Below, piece by piece: positions 62,580 to 64,000 of a stretch of 64,000 nucleotides of DNA; position 1 is the first letter of the stretch, and each line of letters opens with the position of its first letter. This DNA comes from Mobula hypostoma (lineage: Eukaryota). Position numbers and translations under genes: made by a program. The stretch lies in NCBI RefSeq assembly GCF_963921235.1, contig NC_086108.1, positions 20,212,001 to 20,276,000 on the forward strand, in the 5' to 3' direction. The notes below the pieces were generated by a model. That model had not been told where the DNA came from. It did no database searches and was given only the letters and a program-made list of their open reading frames with translations.

Positions 62580-63554
62580 TGTTACGTACCCCGTAACTGG
62601 GTTGCCAAACCAGCAGAAATGGATCACTCAGTTGGAGTCTGGATTACTAGAACTAAGAAAGTTTTATTAAAGAAACAAGCAACACCGTACTCTAATCAAA
62701 AGGATAATAAGTGCAACAGTTCAGCAATGATAAACACACATGTGCACAGAATTAAGATAACAGCATCAATCAAGCTCTATCGTTGTCTAGGGGTAAATGA
62801 CCAATTTCAAAGTGACACAAAGTTCAGTCCAATTTAGTTCAGTTCGCAGTAATTGTTGCCATGGCGATGGACAACGTGGGGGGAGGGAGAGAGAGAACGG
62901 GAACGACTGATCATTCAGAACGGCTTCCACTCACAGACCGGCGATATTGCTCACAAGCAGCTTTCGGGCGGGTCCTTTGTGATGTCACCTGAGGTCACCG
63001 ACTGTGACCCCTCCTCCAGATGCGGTCGATCCTCTGCAGTGAATCCGGCACCCAAGCGAGGGTGGATACACACCGGGTTCCCGCTGATCGTACCTTTCCA
63101 CCCAGTGCGTTTGAGGCTGATCCCCCCGATCAGCCATCCAAGAGATTCCCACCGACTCGTGAGAGGCGCACCACTTCCAGGGTCTCGTTACCTCGAGTGA
63201 AGTGTGTGTCCTGCCTTAGCGAACCTATCCCTTTTTATCCCCCTGCTGGGGTATCGCCTGTCCATCACTTCAAACAGTTCAGGGTTCAAAGGGGGAGCCG
63301 CTCCAGACAGCTCTCTCTCCCGTCCCTTCATTACACATCTCCAGATCGCCTGTCCATCACTTCAAACAGTTCAGGGTTCAAAGGGGGAGCCGCTCCAGAC
63401 AGCTCTCTCTCCCATCCCTTCATTACACATCTCCAGATGCTGCTTCATTGTTCCTTATCTCTCCTTCCCGAGGACAGGTGGCAGACCAACTGCTGATGCC
63501 ACTGATGCTAGCCCAGGCCAGCAAACATCTTAATTTATGTGTATTCTCGTCACA
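62580..63554 (-). mobile_element. Solo LTR (975 bp)
   Basis: tgttacg...cgtcaca termini and a 4-bp TSD taat (62576-62579, 63555-63558) inside CR1 coding sequence. AATAAA on minus near 62663. Confidence 0.88.
63253..63436. repeat. 92-bp tandem duplication within the solo LTR
   Basis: 63253-63344 and 63345-63436 differ at one base. Confidence 0.95.
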
Positions 63555-64000
63555 TAATCAAAGTATTGAGTATAAGAGCTGGAATGTTATGATGAGGTTT
63601 TATAAGGCATTGGTGAGGCCGAACCTGGAGTATTGTGTTCAGTTTTGGTCACCAAATTATAGGAAGGATATTAATAAGGTTGAAAGAGTGCAGAGAAGGT
63701 TTACAAGGATGTTGCCGGGACTTGAGAAACTCAGTTACAGAGAAAGGTTGAATAGGTTAGGACTTTATTCCCTGGAGCGTAGAAGAATGAGGAGAGATTT
63801 GATAGAGGTATATAAAATTATGATGGGTATATATAGAGTGAATGCAAGCCAGCTTTTTCTACTGAAGCAAGGGGAGAAAAAAACCAAAGGACATGGGTTA
63901 AGGGTGAGGGGGGAAAAGTTTAAAGGGAACATTGGGGGGGGCTTCTTCACACAGAGAGTGGTGGGAGTATGGAATGAGCTGCCAGACGAGGTGGTAAATG

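Larger units (their letters stand above)
61205..64000 (+). mobile_element. CR1 LINE ORF2, runs off the window, interrupted by a solo LTR
   Basis: ORFs 61230-62105 (PGNYRPLSL, QHGF, MDFSKAFDKVPH) and 62139-62495 (GVPQGSVLGP, KFADDTK). Resumes at 63555. Confidence 0.95.

Noticed and set aside
63253..63436. Direct repeats as a CRISPR-like array
   Set aside because: Only two abutting copies with no spacers, in a eukaryotic LTR context.

Overview
Vertebrate genomic DNA; the repeat set (CR1, V-SINE/HE1-like, Penelope, Rex1) suggests a cartilaginous fish such as a ray, which is an inference. The only host gene I can support is FAM20B (glycosaminoglycan xylosylkinase) on the minus strand. Four coding exons are present (59423-59799, 44826-44912, 11462-11571, 9484-9655; 377+87+110+172 nt, all GT-AG, frame continuous, 248 codons). 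The remaining 3' exons probably lie left of position 1 and a non-coding first exon right of 64000. The introns are packed with mostly defective and often nested transposable elements: several CR1 LINEs, a twin-primed L1 fragment, an ORF1-only half-L1, RTE and Rex1-type LINEs, Penelope-like relics with decayed hammerhead-ribozyme motifs, a two-LTR Gypsy element, solo LTRs, Tc1, hAT and Tigger DNA transposons, and tRNA-derived SINEs. I found no convincing wholly new biological system. The best leads are the ORF1-only L1 derivative with a related L1 copy in the same window, the triple-nested CR1/CR1/L1 block, and the hammerhead relics. Repeat boundaries without a target-site duplication (TSD) or terminal inverted repeat (TIR) are approximate, and family names come from motif recognition, not database searches.
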